Below, in pieces: positions 37,834-48,930 of a stretch of 64,000 nucleotides of DNA. Made by a program: the position numbers and the translations under genes. The notes beneath the pieces are model-generated. The model did no database searches. It had not been told where the DNA came from and was given only the letters and a program-made list of their open reading frames with translations. Origin of the DNA: Brasilonema angustatum HA4187-MV1 (GTDB lineage: Bacteria > Cyanobacteriota > Cyanobacteriia > Cyanobacteriales > Nostocaceae); the NCBI GenBank assembly GCA_019359695.1, contig JAHHGV010000004.1, positions 98,031 to 162,030 of the forward strand, read 5' to 3'. Each line of letters starts with the position of its first letter. Positions within the stretch are counted from its first letter, which is position 1.

Positions 37834-39531
37834 ATGAGTGGATTTGGTCACGGTTCTGTCGGGACACGGGAACAAGAATTTACGACTCTACTGGAATTAA
37901 GAAAAGAAGGCTATCCAACACATAAACTTGTGGAACTTGCCGCAAATATAAAGGCAGAAGTTGATACGGTTAAAGATGGACCAGATCCTGAAGAAAACCT
38001 TTGGGTACCAGCAGGCTATACCTACTTTGGTCAATTCATCGATCACGATCTGACCTTCGATAACACATCATCACTGAACCCAGCAGATGCGGGACAACAA
38101 GATCGTTTACCTAGCAACTTGCGTACGCCACGCTTTGATTTGGATTCGTTATATGGCGACGGACCGGATGCTCAGCCTTTCTTATATGCTGAGGACGGTG
38201 CCACTTTGCTGTTCAAAGATAGTGATAAGAATCAATTAAGTGTTGAGCAAGCAACTGAAGACTTACTGCGTAGCCCCAACGGTCGTGCTATTATTGGCGA
38301 CAAGCGCAATGATGAAAACTCTATCATCAGCCAAATCCATTTGGCATTTGTAAAATATCACAATGCAGTGGTTCAAAAGCTTAAGAAAGATGATCCACAA
38401 TTAACTGGTACTGCCCTATTTAATCAAGCACGCAATGAGGTGCGCTGGACTTATCAAAAGCTGGTGATCGAAGACTTTTTACCGCGCATTGTCAAAGCTG
38501 AAGTGCTTGCTGACCTTAAGGAAGCCACAACACGTGAAAAGCGGCAAAAACTCTACGCCCTTTATACTAAAGACAAGCGTCAAAACTTGCCCCGCGAGTT
38601 TGTGGTGGCGGCTTACCGCTTTGGACACTCAGGAGTAAGGACAGGTTATCGGCTCAATACAAACAAACGCTTGAGTATTTTCCCACCCAGCATGCCACCC
38701 AAGAACCCAGAAGATGACGACAAAGACAGTTTGCTGGGATTTGATCCACTACCGAAAACCCATGTCATTGATGACTGGGGTCGCTTTTTTCCAAATACGA
38801 AACCTGGCGTTTTCCCCACCGAACCTCGAGACCAGGCCGCAGATGAAAAACCGCGTCCTGAAGTCCGGCTACAATTTGCTTACAAAATTGATCCAACCTT
38901 GGTAGATCCACTTGGTGTTTTGCCACCTCCGGTGCTACCAACCAGCGCGACGGTTGGGGGATTGGTTAAGGAAGTTGAGGACACAATAAGCCCTGATAAG
39001 TTACCAGACAAAGAGGTTAATCCTCCGCGCCCTTCGTTAGCCCTCCTCAACTTACTTCGTGGCAACACATATAAAGTGCAAGGCGGACAAGCGATCGCAA
39101 ATGTACTCAAGAAAAATTGTTTTCCGGTTAAAATACTAGAACCAAAGTACCTATCTACGAGAAAAGCGGTTGAAGGAAAGAATGGGGAGGCATTGTTCAA
39201 ATTTGAAGAAATCGATTCAACTCTTCAAACAGATACTCCTCTGTGGTTTTATATCTTGGCTGAGGCTCAAGCCTCAGTGGTGGATGCAATCAAATTAGAT
39301 AAAGATGGCACGTTCAACGAAGAACAACTACTCAATGGAGGTGGAGCCAAAACCCAGCTAGGCTGGGTGGGCGGTCGGATTGTAGCCGAGGTGTTTTATG
39401 GTCTGTTGGATTCGGATAGTGAGTCCTACTTCAATGCAGCACCTGAACACTGGAAGCCCATCCTAGGAGGCAATGGAGAAGTCATCTTCGCTAACCTTCT
39501 CAAGTTCGCCGGACTAACTATCGCAAATTAA
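37834..39531 (+). CDS. Animal-type haem peroxidase/dioxygenase superfamily protein
   Basis: Distal-His signature FGQFIDHDLTF and proximal-His block AAYRFGHS. LGWVGGRIVAEVFYGLL near the C-terminus. Start set at ATG 37834 (AAGGA 8 nt upstream) inside ORF 37744-39531. Confidence 0.75.
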   Translation: MSGFGHGSVGTREQEFTTLLELRKEGYPTHKLVELAANIKAEVDTVKDGPDPEENLWVPAGYTYFGQFIDHDLTFDNTSSLNPADAGQQDRLPSNLRTPRFDLDSLYGDGPDAQPFLYAEDGATLLFKDSDKNQLSVEQATEDLLRSPNGRAIIGDKRNDENSIISQIHLAFVKYHNAVVQKLKKDDPQLTGTALFNQARNEVRWTYQKLVIEDFLPRIVKAEVLADLKEATTREKRQKLYALYTKDKRQNLPREFVVAAYRFGHSGVRTGYRLNTNKRLSIFPPSMPPKNPEDDDKDSLLGFDPLPKTHVIDDWGRFFPNTKPGVFPTEPRDQAADEKPRPEVRLQFAYKIDPTLVDPLGVLPPPVLPTSATVGGLVKEVEDTISPDKLPDKEVNPPRPSLALLNLLRGNTYKVQGGQAIANVLKKNCFPVKILEPKYLSTRKAVEGKNGEALFKFEEIDSTLQTDTPLWFYILAEAQASVVDAIKLDKDGTFNEEQLLNGGGAKTQLGWVGGRIVAEVFYGLLDSDSESYFNAAPEHWKPILGGNGEVIFANLLKFAGLTIAN

Positions 39532-39604
39532 GCAAGTGCGCTTTTACCGCTCATTACAGCAATTTTCCGGTAAATAGACCACAGTGATTGAACCAACAAT
39601 CATG

Positions 39605-39789
39605 CAGGCGATCGCGTTGGTAATGCTGTATTAATACAAGCCAAACCCAATTCCAAAGCTTCCACTGGCTATAGCTGGCTATAGCTTTGAACCAAAAAGA
39701 CTCTATCCAAGGCCGCATTAGTCTAGGGGACAAAATTTTAGTTCAAGATAACTCCAGTAAGCAGAAACAATTGGGTGTGCAAGCTTTTC
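39605..39789 (+). repeat. Direct repeat copy 2 (degenerate pseudo-3'-end of the CHAT-PBP gene, with an in-frame stop and a 10-nt internal duplication)
   Basis: Aligned by eye to 36952-37137. CATCAG to CATTAG change. ggctatagct duplicated. Confidence 0.7.
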
Positions 39790-39825
39790 TATAAATTTTG
39801 TTATAAAACAAAATTTATAGAAAAG
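39784..39825. repeat. 42-nt AT-rich perfect palindrome (cttttctataaattttgtt-ataa-aacaaaatttatagaaaag), followed by the GGGGTGC...GCACCCC hairpin at 39833-39858
   Basis: Read directly. Sits at the right junction of the duplicated segment, 3' of the M50 protease gene. Confidence 0.6.
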
Positions 39826-39876
39826 CATACTTGGGGTGCTTTACTTTGTTGGCACCCCAAATATATTAACAACTGT

Positions 39877-41073
39877 TTACGATTGCAGCGATTTTGCAAT
39901 AACTCCTAATTGCAAACCAGGCGGATAACTCCCTTCCTCTTTTATCCGCTTAATCTCGGCTTCAGTGATCCGCAAATTTAACTTTTGTGCTAACTCCTGC
40001 ACAATATCCCCTCGATCAATCACACCAGCGACAGCATCAGCAGGAGAAAGCACGGTGATGCGGGGTAATTGTTCATTTTCCAGCTTGTTAATCACCTCTG
40101 CTATAGGAGTTGACTCAACAACAGTGGGAATTTCTGTCAGGGGATGCACTATACTTTGCACCGTTAGGGTTTCCCATTCACTTCTTTCCACAAGGCGCAA
40201 ATCGTCTATGGAAATGATGCCCCGGTAACGTCCATCAGATTCGGCAAAATAAACTCCAGGAGTGTTAGTCTCCAAAAGGTAGGAGTCGGCGAAAGAACGC
40301 AAAGTCTGATTAGCATCGACGACCCGAAACTCACGAGTCATGGCATTAGCGGCAACCAGACTGAGTAAGGTTTCTTGTAAAATTGTTATGCGGTCATAGC
40401 TATTAGCATTACGGATACCAAACCAACCTAACAAAGCTATCCACAAACCAGTGACTAATTCCCCAGTAAAATAATCTACTGCCAGGCCTAGGGCGATCGC
40501 CCCATAACCCAAAATTTGCCCTGCTTTTGCTGCTAACCGTACCGCTTGAAAACGGTTCCCTGTTGTTTTCCACAAAGCTGCTTTTAAAACTTGTCCGCCA
40601 TCTAAAGGCAAACCAGGAATCAGGTTGAACAGTGCCAAAACTAAGTTGATTCTGCTTAAATCTCCAACCATAACGCTGGCAGGACTGTTATCAGGCAAAA
40701 CATTTACTAGCAGGCTGAGGAGGACAAACAGGACAACACTCACGAATGGTCCAGCAATTGCAACTTGAAATGCTTTTCCTGGGGTTTTGGATTCTTCTTC
40801 GATAGAAGCAATACCACCAAACAGAAACAGGGTAATCGAATTGACTTTTATACCTTGCGATCGCGCAACTAAGCTATGACCCAATTCGTGCAATAATACT
40901 GAACCAAAGAGCAGCAATGCCATCACCACTCCAGCACTCCAAGCTAGAGTCGTTCCCCATGCTTGGTAAGCGACTCCAAAGTTAAGGGTTGCCAGCCCTA
41001 AAATCACAAACCACAGAGGGTCTAAAAACAGTGGAATTCCGAATAAAGACCCGATTTTCCAATTTGTTTGCAT
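39877..41073 (-). CDS. Site-2-protease-family (M50) zinc metalloprotease with C-terminal CBS-domain pair
   Basis: HELGHSL zinc motif in a TM helix. Second metal ligand region LPLDGGQV. C-terminal tandem CBS-like segments. Confidence 0.75.
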   Translation of the reverse strand: MQTNWKIGSLFGIPLFLDPLWFVILGLATLNFGVAYQAWGTTLAWSAGVVMALLLFGSVLLHELGHSLVARSQGIKVNSITLFLFGGIASIEEESKTPGKAFQVAIAGPFVSVVLFVLLSLLVNVLPDNSPASVMVGDLSRINLVLALFNLIPGLPLDGGQVLKAALWKTTGNRFQAVRLAAKAGQILGYGAIALGLAVDYFTGELVTGLWIALLGWFGIRNANSYDRITILQETLLSLVAANAMTREFRVVDANQTLRSFADSYLLETNTPGVYFAESDGRYRGIISIDDLRLVERSEWETLTVQSIVHPLTEIPTVVESTPIAEVINKLENEQLPRITVLSPADAVAGVIDRGDIVQELAQKLNLRITEAEIKRIKEEGSYPPGLQLGVIAKSLQS

Positions 41074-41303
41074 TACATTTTCCTAAAACTAGATATTTTC
41101 AACCGTCCAGAAAGACGTCTCATATGTTGTTTTTTACACATATATAATGTTGCGGCACCAACTATGCTTGCTGAGATTTGGATACTGCAGCATGGCCGAG
41201 TTTATAGGCTCCAATTTCTAGAATAGACAATTCTGAAGAGCGAGCAACTGAACTAGCGACGCAGCAATTTACGACGGTTTTTATGTGCAGCAACGACAAA
41301 CCA

Positions 41304-41340
41304 TATGGTTGAGGCACAGCAATGCTGTGCCTCAACCATA
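41304..41340. other. Perfect 17-bp stem / 3-nt loop hairpin (tatggttgaggcacagc-aat-gctgtgcctcaaccata) 3' of psaK and 5' of the M50 protease gene
   Basis: Read directly. Possible psaK terminator or 5'-UTR element. Confidence 0.4.
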
Positions 41341-41610
41341 GTTCCTGCTTCTAGGTTTATGCTCTAATCAATAGGACTCTTGCAAAAGTCCCAATTGCCA
41401 CGAGTTGGGTAAAAGGGTAAAGGGTTTTTATTTTTCCTTCCTCCCTCCCCCTTATCCCCAGAGGGAACCGGTGAGTTCCCCCTTAACCTTTTCCCTGACA
41501 ACTGCCACGAAGTCTAATGAAATAGCAGAATTCTCTTTCTTGGGGAAGATGTTAATTTTCCCAAGTAAAGAGATCGACATAGTGTGATAAAGAACGTGAT
41601 ATCTAAAAAT

Positions 41611-41868
41611 CTAGAGGCGATTACTAATATTTGTCAGCCCTAGAACGATGCCAATGCCAATAATATGCCCAAAACACATAGCACCAATGAATGCTGGAAG
41701 ACTTATGGAAAGTACAGGCAATTTGGGACCTACCTTGGGAGATTTAATAAACGATGTCAGCAAAAGAACTACCAAACAGCTGACGCTGATGATGATTCCT
41801 ACTGTGGGGTTCCACTCAGGTGTTGCGGGGACATTGGCGGCGGCTGCTAGTAAGATTGATGAAATCAA
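41611..41868 (-). CDS. psaK: Photosystem I subunit PsaK
   Basis: 85 aa with two TM helices. PATPEWNPTVGIIISV...KVGPKLP...FGHIIGIGIVLGL matches the PsaK pattern. Confidence 0.6.
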   Translation of the reverse strand: MISSILLAAAANVPATPEWNPTVGIIISVSCLVVLLLTSFIKSPKVGPKLPVLSISLPAFIGAMCFGHIIGIGIVLGLTNISNRL

Positions 41869-42045
41869 GCTTTTATCTCCTAAATAGAAAAATTGACAAG
41901 TGGTCAGTCATTCGCATTTGGCTAGCTATGTGCTGACTGCTTATTGCTAAGCCATAAAAATTATAGAATTATAAGGGAAAGAACTTGAAATTGTTTATAC
42001 ATTTTTGGTTTTATGTAACTATTACTACTATTATCAAAAATATCT

Positions 42046-42678
42046 ATGCGGGTAAAGATTTGCGGAATAACTCAACCACAACAGGGGAAGGCGATCGCCT
42101 CCCTTGGTGCAACAGCATTAGGATTTATTTGTGTTCCAACCTCACCCCGCTATGTTAAAGTAGAGCAGATTCGGGCTATCGTGGAACAACTGCCCGAAAA
42201 AATCGACAAAATTGGAGTTTTTGCCAACTCCACTGCTCTTGAAATTACTCAAACAGTAGTTCATTCTGGCTTAACTGGCGTTCAACTGCACGGAGATGAA
42301 TCCCCGGAATTTTGTCACCAGTTGCGTCAATTGCTACCAAATGTAGAAATTATTAAAGCTTTGAGAATCCGTACCTTTGAGGATATTGAAAAAGTAGAAA
42401 CTTATACTTCAAAAGGAGATACGCTGTTACTTGATGCTTACCATCCACAGCAACTAGGTGGTACAGGCACAACTCTAGACTGGACAATGTTGCAGCAATT
42501 CAGCCCTAGCTGTCCTTGGTTTTTGGCGGGGGGACTCACTCCAGAGAATATTATACAAGCTTTGACTCAGATAACGCCTAGTGGCATTGACTTATCGAGT
42601 GGTGTAGAACGTGCCCCAGGAGATAAGGATTTAGACAAGGTAGCTAAGTTGTTTGAGAAGCTGCGTTCAAAGTGCTAA
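42046..42678 (+). CDS. trpF: Phosphoribosylanthranilate isomerase
   Basis: MRVKICGIT...GATALGFI...QLHGDE...LLDAY...GGTG TrpF blocks. Confidence 0.8.
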   Translation: MRVKICGITQPQQGKAIASLGATALGFICVPTSPRYVKVEQIRAIVEQLPEKIDKIGVFANSTALEITQTVVHSGLTGVQLHGDESPEFCHQLRQLLPNVEIIKALRIRTFEDIEKVETYTSKGDTLLLDAYHPQQLGGTGTTLDWTMLQQFSPSCPWFLAGGLTPENIIQALTQITPSGIDLSSGVERAPGDKDLDKVAKLFEKLRSKC

Positions 42679-42741
42679 GTGATTAACAGTTATCAGTTAT
42701 TTTTTGCTTGATAACTGTTCACTGTTCTCAGTGCTGAGGAC

Positions 42742-43452
42742 TTAGAATAACGATGATTGGTGACGAATTAAGTTGAAGAATTCTTCACGAGTTTTATGCT
42801 CTTCTTGAAACACACCCTGCATTGCGCTTGTCACAGTCCAGGAACCAGGTTTTTGCACACCCCGCATAACCATGCACATATGTGTAGCTTCCATCACAAC
42901 GGCAACTCCCTGTGGTTCTAGAATCATCTGAATTGCTTCAGCAATTTGGCGAGTGAGCCTTTCTTGTACTTGCAAGCGTCGGGAATACATCTCGACAATA
43001 CGAGCAAGCTTGCTCAATCCCACAACTTTTTGATTAGGGATATAGGCAACATGAGCTTTGCCCATAAATGGCAACATATGGTGTTCGCATAAGCTAAAAA
43101 CGTTGATGTCCCGTACTAATACCATCTCATTATGGCCTTCATCAAAGATGGCTCCGTTGACGATTTCTTCTAAAGACTGGTTATAGCCGCTGGTGAGAAA
43201 CCGCATTGCCTCTGCTACCCGCTTGGGTGTTTTCAGCAATCCCTCGCGTTCGGGATCTTCTCCTACACCCACCAGTAGAGTCCGCACGGCGTCCGTCATC
43301 TGCTCCATCTGCTCTTCTGTTTGCGGGTGCAAATCAGCTTGCTGCCCATTGTGAGTGTTGCGGTCTGGTCTTGTGGAGATGGCTTCTGTCAAGTCTGGAA
43401 CAAGAGGAGATTGTTGAGAGCAATTGGAACCGTTGGAACGAGCAATAGTCAT
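42742..43452 (-). CDS. folE: GTP cyclohydrolase I
   Basis: Conserved core [28 protein letters not shown]...[25 protein letters not shown]. Start chosen at the internal MTIARS. The ORF extends to 43503. Confidence 0.85.
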   Translation of the reverse strand: MTIARSNGSNCSQQSPLVPDLTEAISTRPDRNTHNGQQADLHPQTEEQMEQMTDAVRTLLVGVGEDPEREGLLKTPKRVAEAMRFLTSGYNQSLEEIVNGAIFDEGHNEMVLVRDINVFSLCEHHMLPFMGKAHVAYIPNQKVVGLSKLARIVEMYSRRLQVQERLTRQIAEAIQMILEPQGVAVVMEATHMCMVMRGVQKPGSWTVTSAMQGVFQEEHKTREEFFNLIRHQSSLF

Positions 43453-44139
43453 GGTGTCGAGTATTAATGAAGGTTTGATTAGGAGTAATGAGTCAGCAGT
43501 CATGAGTCTGTATTATTAGCAAAAACCAAAGACAATAGACTTATGACTAGCTAGAGTGTGCCAGCCCCAGGCACGATAGTCAATTCATCAATAACTGCCT
43601 GTTGTGGTAGCAAAGGAAGCTCAAGAATTAACTTTCAAATTGTTTAACGGTTTGATAACCACGTCACTACTTTGTTATATAAGTCTCGTAGTGTCGATAG
43701 ATTAAACAAACCTAAGAATCCGATTAACTTTCTTCGACAATTGCTATTTTGTATTGCAAAGAGATATTTTCCGCATCTCACATATTCCATAGGGTTAGAA
43801 GAAACTGTAGATGACAGTTGGAAAAGTTGTAGAAACCGCTAATATCTGTACAGCATCGCCGCTCGTACTGGAATAGGTAAGACATTTGCGCTCCTACTCC
43901 CTAGAAATTCATATCATAATTGAAGGGGATAGTCAGCTTAGTAGTTTAACGAGTACGCGGTTTGTACCTCCTACCAAGAACTACAAGTTTCTATATTAGC
44001 CATAGGGACAGAACGTAAGGCTTAGCAGTTGACTCATGACTAAAAATACAAATGCCTATGACTTCAAAGATTGTTAAAAATCTTTAACTGACATAGGCAA
44101 TTATAGCATTGCCGCTATTCTCATCAAGTAGCTGAAGTT

Positions 44140-45123
44140 TTATGAGTGGGAAAGTTCAGTAAAGACACCAATTTTACGGAATTTTTCGTAGCGCATTTGG
44201 CGTCGTTCACTAGGAGTGAAGCGGTTGAGTTCCTCCAAATTGTCTAAGAGGGCTTGCTTGAGAGTGGTGACTGCTCCCAGAGGATCAGAATGAGCACCAC
44301 CAACGGGTTCAGGTAATATCTGGTCGATGATTCCCAAGTTTTTCAAATCCGGTGCTGTCATTTTCAAGACAGCAGCTGCTTGGGGGGCTTTGCCAGCATC
44401 TTTCCACAAAATAGCAGCGCAGGCTTCAGGAGTAATCACAGTGTAAACGGCGTGTTCAAACATTAGCAGGCGATCGCCAACACTAATACCCAATGCACCG
44501 CCAGAAAAGGCTTCACCAATAACAGCACAAACTATCGGCACATCCAAGGAAAACATCTCACGTAGGTTGTATGCGATCGCTTCTCCTGCACCTTGTCGTT
44601 CAGCGACGACTGTAGGTAAAGCTCCTGGCGTGTCGATAAAAGTTAAAATTGGCATGCCAAACTTGTTGGCGTGTTCCATCAAGCGCATCGCCTTACGATA
44701 GCCACCTGGGGAAGCCATACCGAAATTACGGGCAATATTGTCTTTTGTGTCGCGCCCTTTTTGATTACCCAGCATAACCACAGGTTGTCCGCCCAAACGA
44801 CCTACACCACCAACTAAGGCAGGGTCGTTAGAACCACAGCGATCGCCATGTAACTCCATCCATTCATCACTGATAGCTTGAATATAATCAAGCGTACTAG
44901 GGCGGCGCGGATGACGGGCGACTTGTAGTCGCTGAGACGGCGATAGACTACCAAATATTTCTTCACGCAGTTGCATGGCGCGTGCTTCTAGCTGACGAAT
45001 TTGACCAGAAACATCGACACCGTTTTCTTCTGCAAGTTGCCGAATTTGCTCTATTCTAGTTGCCAGTTCTGCTAGCGGCTTTTCAAAATCCAACAGTAGC
45101 GGTTTACGCTCGGTAGTAGCCAT
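44140..45123 (-). CDS. accA: Acetyl-CoA carboxylase carboxyltransferase alpha subunit
   Basis: [18 protein letters not shown]...GRP.TLDYI...ELHGDR...VGG.GRLGG AccA blocks. Start at MATTERK. Confidence 0.9.
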   Translation of the reverse strand: MATTERKPLLLDFEKPLAELATRIEQIRQLAEENGVDVSGQIRQLEARAMQLREEIFGSLSPSQRLQVARHPRRPSTLDYIQAISDEWMELHGDRCGSNDPALVGGVGRLGGQPVVMLGNQKGRDTKDNIARNFGMASPGGYRKAMRLMEHANKFGMPILTFIDTPGALPTVVAERQGAGEAIAYNLREMFSLDVPIVCAVIGEAFSGGALGISVGDRLLMFEHAVYTVITPEACAAILWKDAGKAPQAAAVLKMTAPDLKNLGIIDQILPEPVGGAHSDPLGAVTTLKQALLDNLEELNRFTPSERRQMRYEKFRKIGVFTELSHS

Positions 45124-45232
45124 TTTTTGACGAAAAAAGTGAAGAGTAAAAATTGAGGTGTGGGGCAATGGGATTTTCTATACTCATGAGTCACTAGCTC
45201 ATAACTAATAACTCATGACTTATGACTAATCA

Positions 45233-46252
45233 CTAAACCAGGAGTGGTCTAAATCCATGCTTTCTTGATACCTGACCAATTTGCTCCATTTTTTCTACAG
45301 TAATCCGATTGCGCCCCCAAGAGAAGTTAGTGTATAACTTCTCAAATTCCAATAGCATTGATTCTGCAAAACAAGCAAACAACTGGCGTGCTGGAACATC
45401 CATATTGACGATGCCCATAATTTTCCAATCAATATCCAGGGAATGTTCCACAATCCCACCATTTAGGACGTGTACACCAGGATGCTGAACTTTAGTTGCG
45501 AGATTTTTTGGATAGCCACCATCAATCAGCAAACAAGGTTGCTTTAAAACTTTGGGGTCGATTTCCATCCCTTTAGGCATACTAGCAACCCAAACGACAA
45601 TATCAGCTTGGGGAAGTGCTTCTTCCATAGACAGGATTTTTCCACGCCCCAGTTCGTCTTGCAGCTGTTGTAGGCGTTCTTGGTTACGGGCTACTAGCAA
45701 CAGTTCCTTGACATCTGTTTTTGCATCCAACCAACGACAAACAGCACTACCAATATCTCCAGTCGCCCCGCATACAGCAACCGTTGCATTTGATAGTTCA
45801 ATGCCTACTTGTTTCGACGCTTTTTCTACCTGTTGACAAATGATGTATGCTGTATGAGTGTTACCTGTGGTAAAGCGTTCAAACTCTAATTTTATATTGC
45901 GGACTTGTTTGAATTGCTCTAAATTAAAGTTTTCAAAAATTATTGAAGAAAATCCGCCTAAAGCTGTGATACTTATCCCGTGCTTTTGAGCGTGAGCCAT
46001 AGCGTTGAGGATTTTGCGTGTTGCAGCTTTGATGCGACGAGTTGCCAGCATTTCTGGCAAAAAGCCTGACTCTACATACCGCCCTTCAATTTTTTGTCCG
46101 GTAACACTGGTAACTGTAATGTTATCGACAATTTGGGGTGGAGCGCTGCACCAAAAATCTAACCCCTGATCAGCATATTCTGGGTAGCCCAATTCTTTGG
46201 CTACTGCTTGCGCGTGTTCTAAACTAGTAAGGTGTCCGATTAGACCAAACAT
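45233..46252 (-). CDS. aar: Acyl-ACP reductase (fatty-aldehyde forming)
   Basis: [18 protein letters not shown]...[18 protein letters not shown] is near-identical in pattern to Synechococcus orf1594 AAR. Confidence 0.85.
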   Translation of the reverse strand: MFGLIGHLTSLEHAQAVAKELGYPEYADQGLDFWCSAPPQIVDNITVTSVTGQKIEGRYVESGFLPEMLATRRIKAATRKILNAMAHAQKHGISITALGGFSSIIFENFNLEQFKQVRNIKLEFERFTTGNTHTAYIICQQVEKASKQVGIELSNATVAVCGATGDIGSAVCRWLDAKTDVKELLLVARNQERLQQLQDELGRGKILSMEEALPQADIVVWVASMPKGMEIDPKVLKQPCLLIDGGYPKNLATKVQHPGVHVLNGGIVEHSLDIDWKIMGIVNMDVPARQLFACFAESMLLEFEKLYTNFSWGRNRITVEKMEQIGQVSRKHGFRPLLV

Positions 46253-46580
46253 GAACGATGTTGTGACGCGTATCCTTCGTTAGAAGGGTGGAATAGGCGG
46301 GTTAAGATATAATTAACCCTTCAAAATACTACACAAAAACTAACCAGCAAATGAGAGTCTGCTCTAGCTTTTGAGAAATTCAAAATCACCGAATATTCGA
46401 GCGGAGGAAACCTCCGCTCCAACTTCTCTCAAAATGCAAAATTCAAAAAAAAGACTCTTTAATTTTGAACTTTGTTAGCGCAGCGGCACGCACTCATCCT
46501 TTGAATTTTGAATTCCTCCCAAGGGTAGATCCCTAATTCCCACTCTTTCAAAAAGTGGGGACTTTGAGTTTCCTGTTCTC

Positions 46581-47273
46581 CTATCCGGTGATTCCGTAGG
46601 CAGACAGACGCATGAGCTCGCGGGTGGAAAAACCAATATTACTAAGGGCTTCTCCGTACTGAATCATGAAAGCTTCTACTAAAGCGTCCTTATCCATAGC
46701 TAAGGTGCGCGCATCATCCTCAACAGAGTTGAGCATTTTCCACACTATGGGCAAGTTTTGGCGATTTGCTTCTTCTAATTCCGCTTTGGATTGTTCAAAG
46801 TGTTCTTTCAACCATACTTCTCCAAAGTTGAGGTGGCTGTATTCGTCTTTGACTACTCCTTCAGTGATTTTACGAGCAAAATCATCAGCAACTTCGATGT
46901 AAATTTCGTATGCGGCGATCGCAAAACATTCAATAATCAAAGACTGAATCAGCAAGCAAGTAACGACTTTACCTTCAGCCGCTGCTTTTTGAAAATTTTG
47001 ATGCAATGGAGCAAAAAACTCTTGAGCAAATTGCATATCTGGCGTTACCTTCAGATTGCGCCCACAAGCTTCAAATCCTTTTTTGTGGCGACTTTCCATC
47101 TTAGAAAGGCGAATGAGCTCATCTTGATTATCGCTCAGCAGTTCAGCGAGTTTGAGATAATTTGCGTGGGCTTCCTGTTCGCCTTCTATCACAATCGCAT
47201 TGATCCGGCTGTAAGCGTCTTTGTATACTTCGCTCTGGAAGTCAAGTTTTGGTTGATCTACAAGCTGCTGCAT
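46581..47273 (-). CDS. ado: Aldehyde-deformylating oxygenase (alkane-forming)
   Basis: [13 protein letters not shown] ... ESRHKKGF ... [11 protein letters not shown] ... DEYSHLNFG di-iron ligand pattern of ADO. Confidence 0.9.
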   Translation of the reverse strand: MQQLVDQPKLDFQSEVYKDAYSRINAIVIEGEQEAHANYLKLAELLSDNQDELIRLSKMESRHKKGFEACGRNLKVTPDMQFAQEFFAPLHQNFQKAAAEGKVVTCLLIQSLIIECFAIAAYEIYIEVADDFARKITEGVVKDEYSHLNFGEVWLKEHFEQSKAELEEANRQNLPIVWKMLNSVEDDARTLAMDKDALVEAFMIQYGEALSNIGFSTRELMRLSAYGITG

Positions 47274-47814
47274 TGTACATTCACTCCCGTGAAATGAATT
47301 ATCTTATACAAGAATCGAGTTTTGCCCGTGAAATAAGGGCAAGGGTAACTATGATTTAATTTTACTTAACAAGTCTCTATGTTATAGATTAGCTTTTGCT
47401 GGTGGGATTAGCTCAAGCTAATTCACAAAAGAACCAGGAAGTAACAGAGACAGGGGATTGATCATGGATGACGAATCCAAAATCTTAAACGCCAAGCACT
47501 CTCAACATCAACCTTTAGAAGGAGACTTCAGCAATGGGTAGTAGCAGCTAAATTGAAAACTTCCCGGAGCCTAGAAATTCTACTGCTAGCTGCTGTTATA
47601 GTATTATTACCTTTAGTTGTCGAGTTGTTGACATCCTTTGTTCCTAATAAGGCACTATCTTGTGTTTTAGGGGAAAATGGCTGATTTTTAGTCCATTATC
47701 ACGATGCCTGGGAGACAGGTTAACTTTTACTTGCTTTTGCTAATTCTAGCTTAGTGCGCGATCGCTGCACCTGGCGTTAGCTGAGTTTCAAAAGCCTTCT
47801 TCACTCCCCATTCC

Positions 47815-48930
47815 CTAACCAGTCTCCTGAATTTGTAGACGGATAGTGTGTTCAGTGCCACCACTCAGTTGTAACTCCATAACTTCACCGCCAAGGGGTT
47901 CCAAGCATTCAAGAAGTTCTCGCAAGCGTGGTGTACTTGCACCCGTATCCACATACAAACGGTCTGATAGATTACCAATTTTCTTCCAACTCATGTACAA
48001 TTTGGCAATCATTTGCTCTAGTTGAGATGCTTGATTCACTAAGTCTGCTGCTATGCTCAGACAGCCAACTCTTTGAGCTTCTATCAGGGCTGTTTCGATG
48101 TCAACTTCTTGAGCGTTTAGTGCTTGGACTTGAGCTGCTGCTTTGAGATATTTTGCCAGATTACGAGCATCTGTGGTGACTTGCTTGATGGTATCTATGT
48201 CAGGATTTTGAGATATTTCCTTTTGAATCGCGTTTTGGTGAGATTCTGGTAATTTCTCCATCTCCTTTACCAATGGCGCGATGTAACGCGGAGGAAGAGA
48301 ATTTTCTGCTGCTTTTACCTTGACTGGTTCGGGTAGCAACTCGGAAGACATTGCTGTCCATTCGTCGTTGATTTGACGTACTTCTCGTCTGGTGATGCGA
48401 TCGCCTTTTTGGGCTGCTTCACCTACCATCTGTTGGACTTCTGGCGCAGCTTTGGCTGTTTCGATAAACGCCCGTTTGCTAAAATTATTGATGGCTGATG
48501 GTTCTAATCTTCCTTCTTCTAAGAGAGTATCAGCGCTGTTCGCTAGTTGAATCAGAGCATATGCTTGACTTTTGCCAATTTCTCGTTCTTTGAGCCATTT
48601 GAGAAAACCAGCACCTCGTCCCTCACCGCCTATTTTCTCTCTGTCGCGAACAGCGCGTAAAATTCGTCCTCGCCAAATGTCGGTTTGCAAATCAAAGCGA
48701 TCGCACACCTGCCAAGCGACATCTAGCTGCTTTTGAAATTCCGGTTCAGGAATTTCCTCATCTTCGGGATCAGGTAGTTCAAATTCAAAATCAGCCGGCT
48801 GTTGCAGAAGTGCAGCCAACTCATCAATAGATTCGTTATATTGCACGATTTTATAGTTTATTAATTTATAACTGTATGCGCGGTTTATTATCACATATTC
48901 CGCGTAAGCTAGATTGTATGCCTGAGTCAT
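47815..48930 (-). CDS. Hypothetical acidic protein (371 aa)
   Basis: ORF only. Its 5' end overlaps the divergent ChaC-family start by 13 nt, so one of the two starts is probably further in. Confidence 0.5.
   Translation of the reverse strand: MTQAYNLAYAEYVIINRAYSYKLINYKIVQYNESIDELAALLQQPADFEFELPDPEDEEIPEPEFQKQLDVAWQVCDRFDLQTDIWRGRILRAVRDREKIGGEGRGAGFLKWLKEREIGKSQAYALIQLANSADTLLEEGRLEPSAINNFSKRAFIETAKAAPEVQQMVGEAAQKGDRITRREVRQINDEWTAMSSELLPEPVKVKAAENSLPPRYIAPLVKEMEKLPESHQNAIQKEISQNPDIDTIKQVTTDARNLAKYLKAAAQVQALNAQEVDIETALIEAQRVGCLSIAADLVNQASQLEQMIAKLYMSWKKIGNLSDRLYVDTGASTPRLRELLECLEPLGGEVMELQLSGGTEHTIRLQIQETG

Noticed and set aside
46666-47297. Plus-strand ORFs (78 and 168 aa) overlapping ado
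   Set aside because: They are antisense to a highly conserved, confidently identified gene and have low-complexity Phe/Ser-rich composition.
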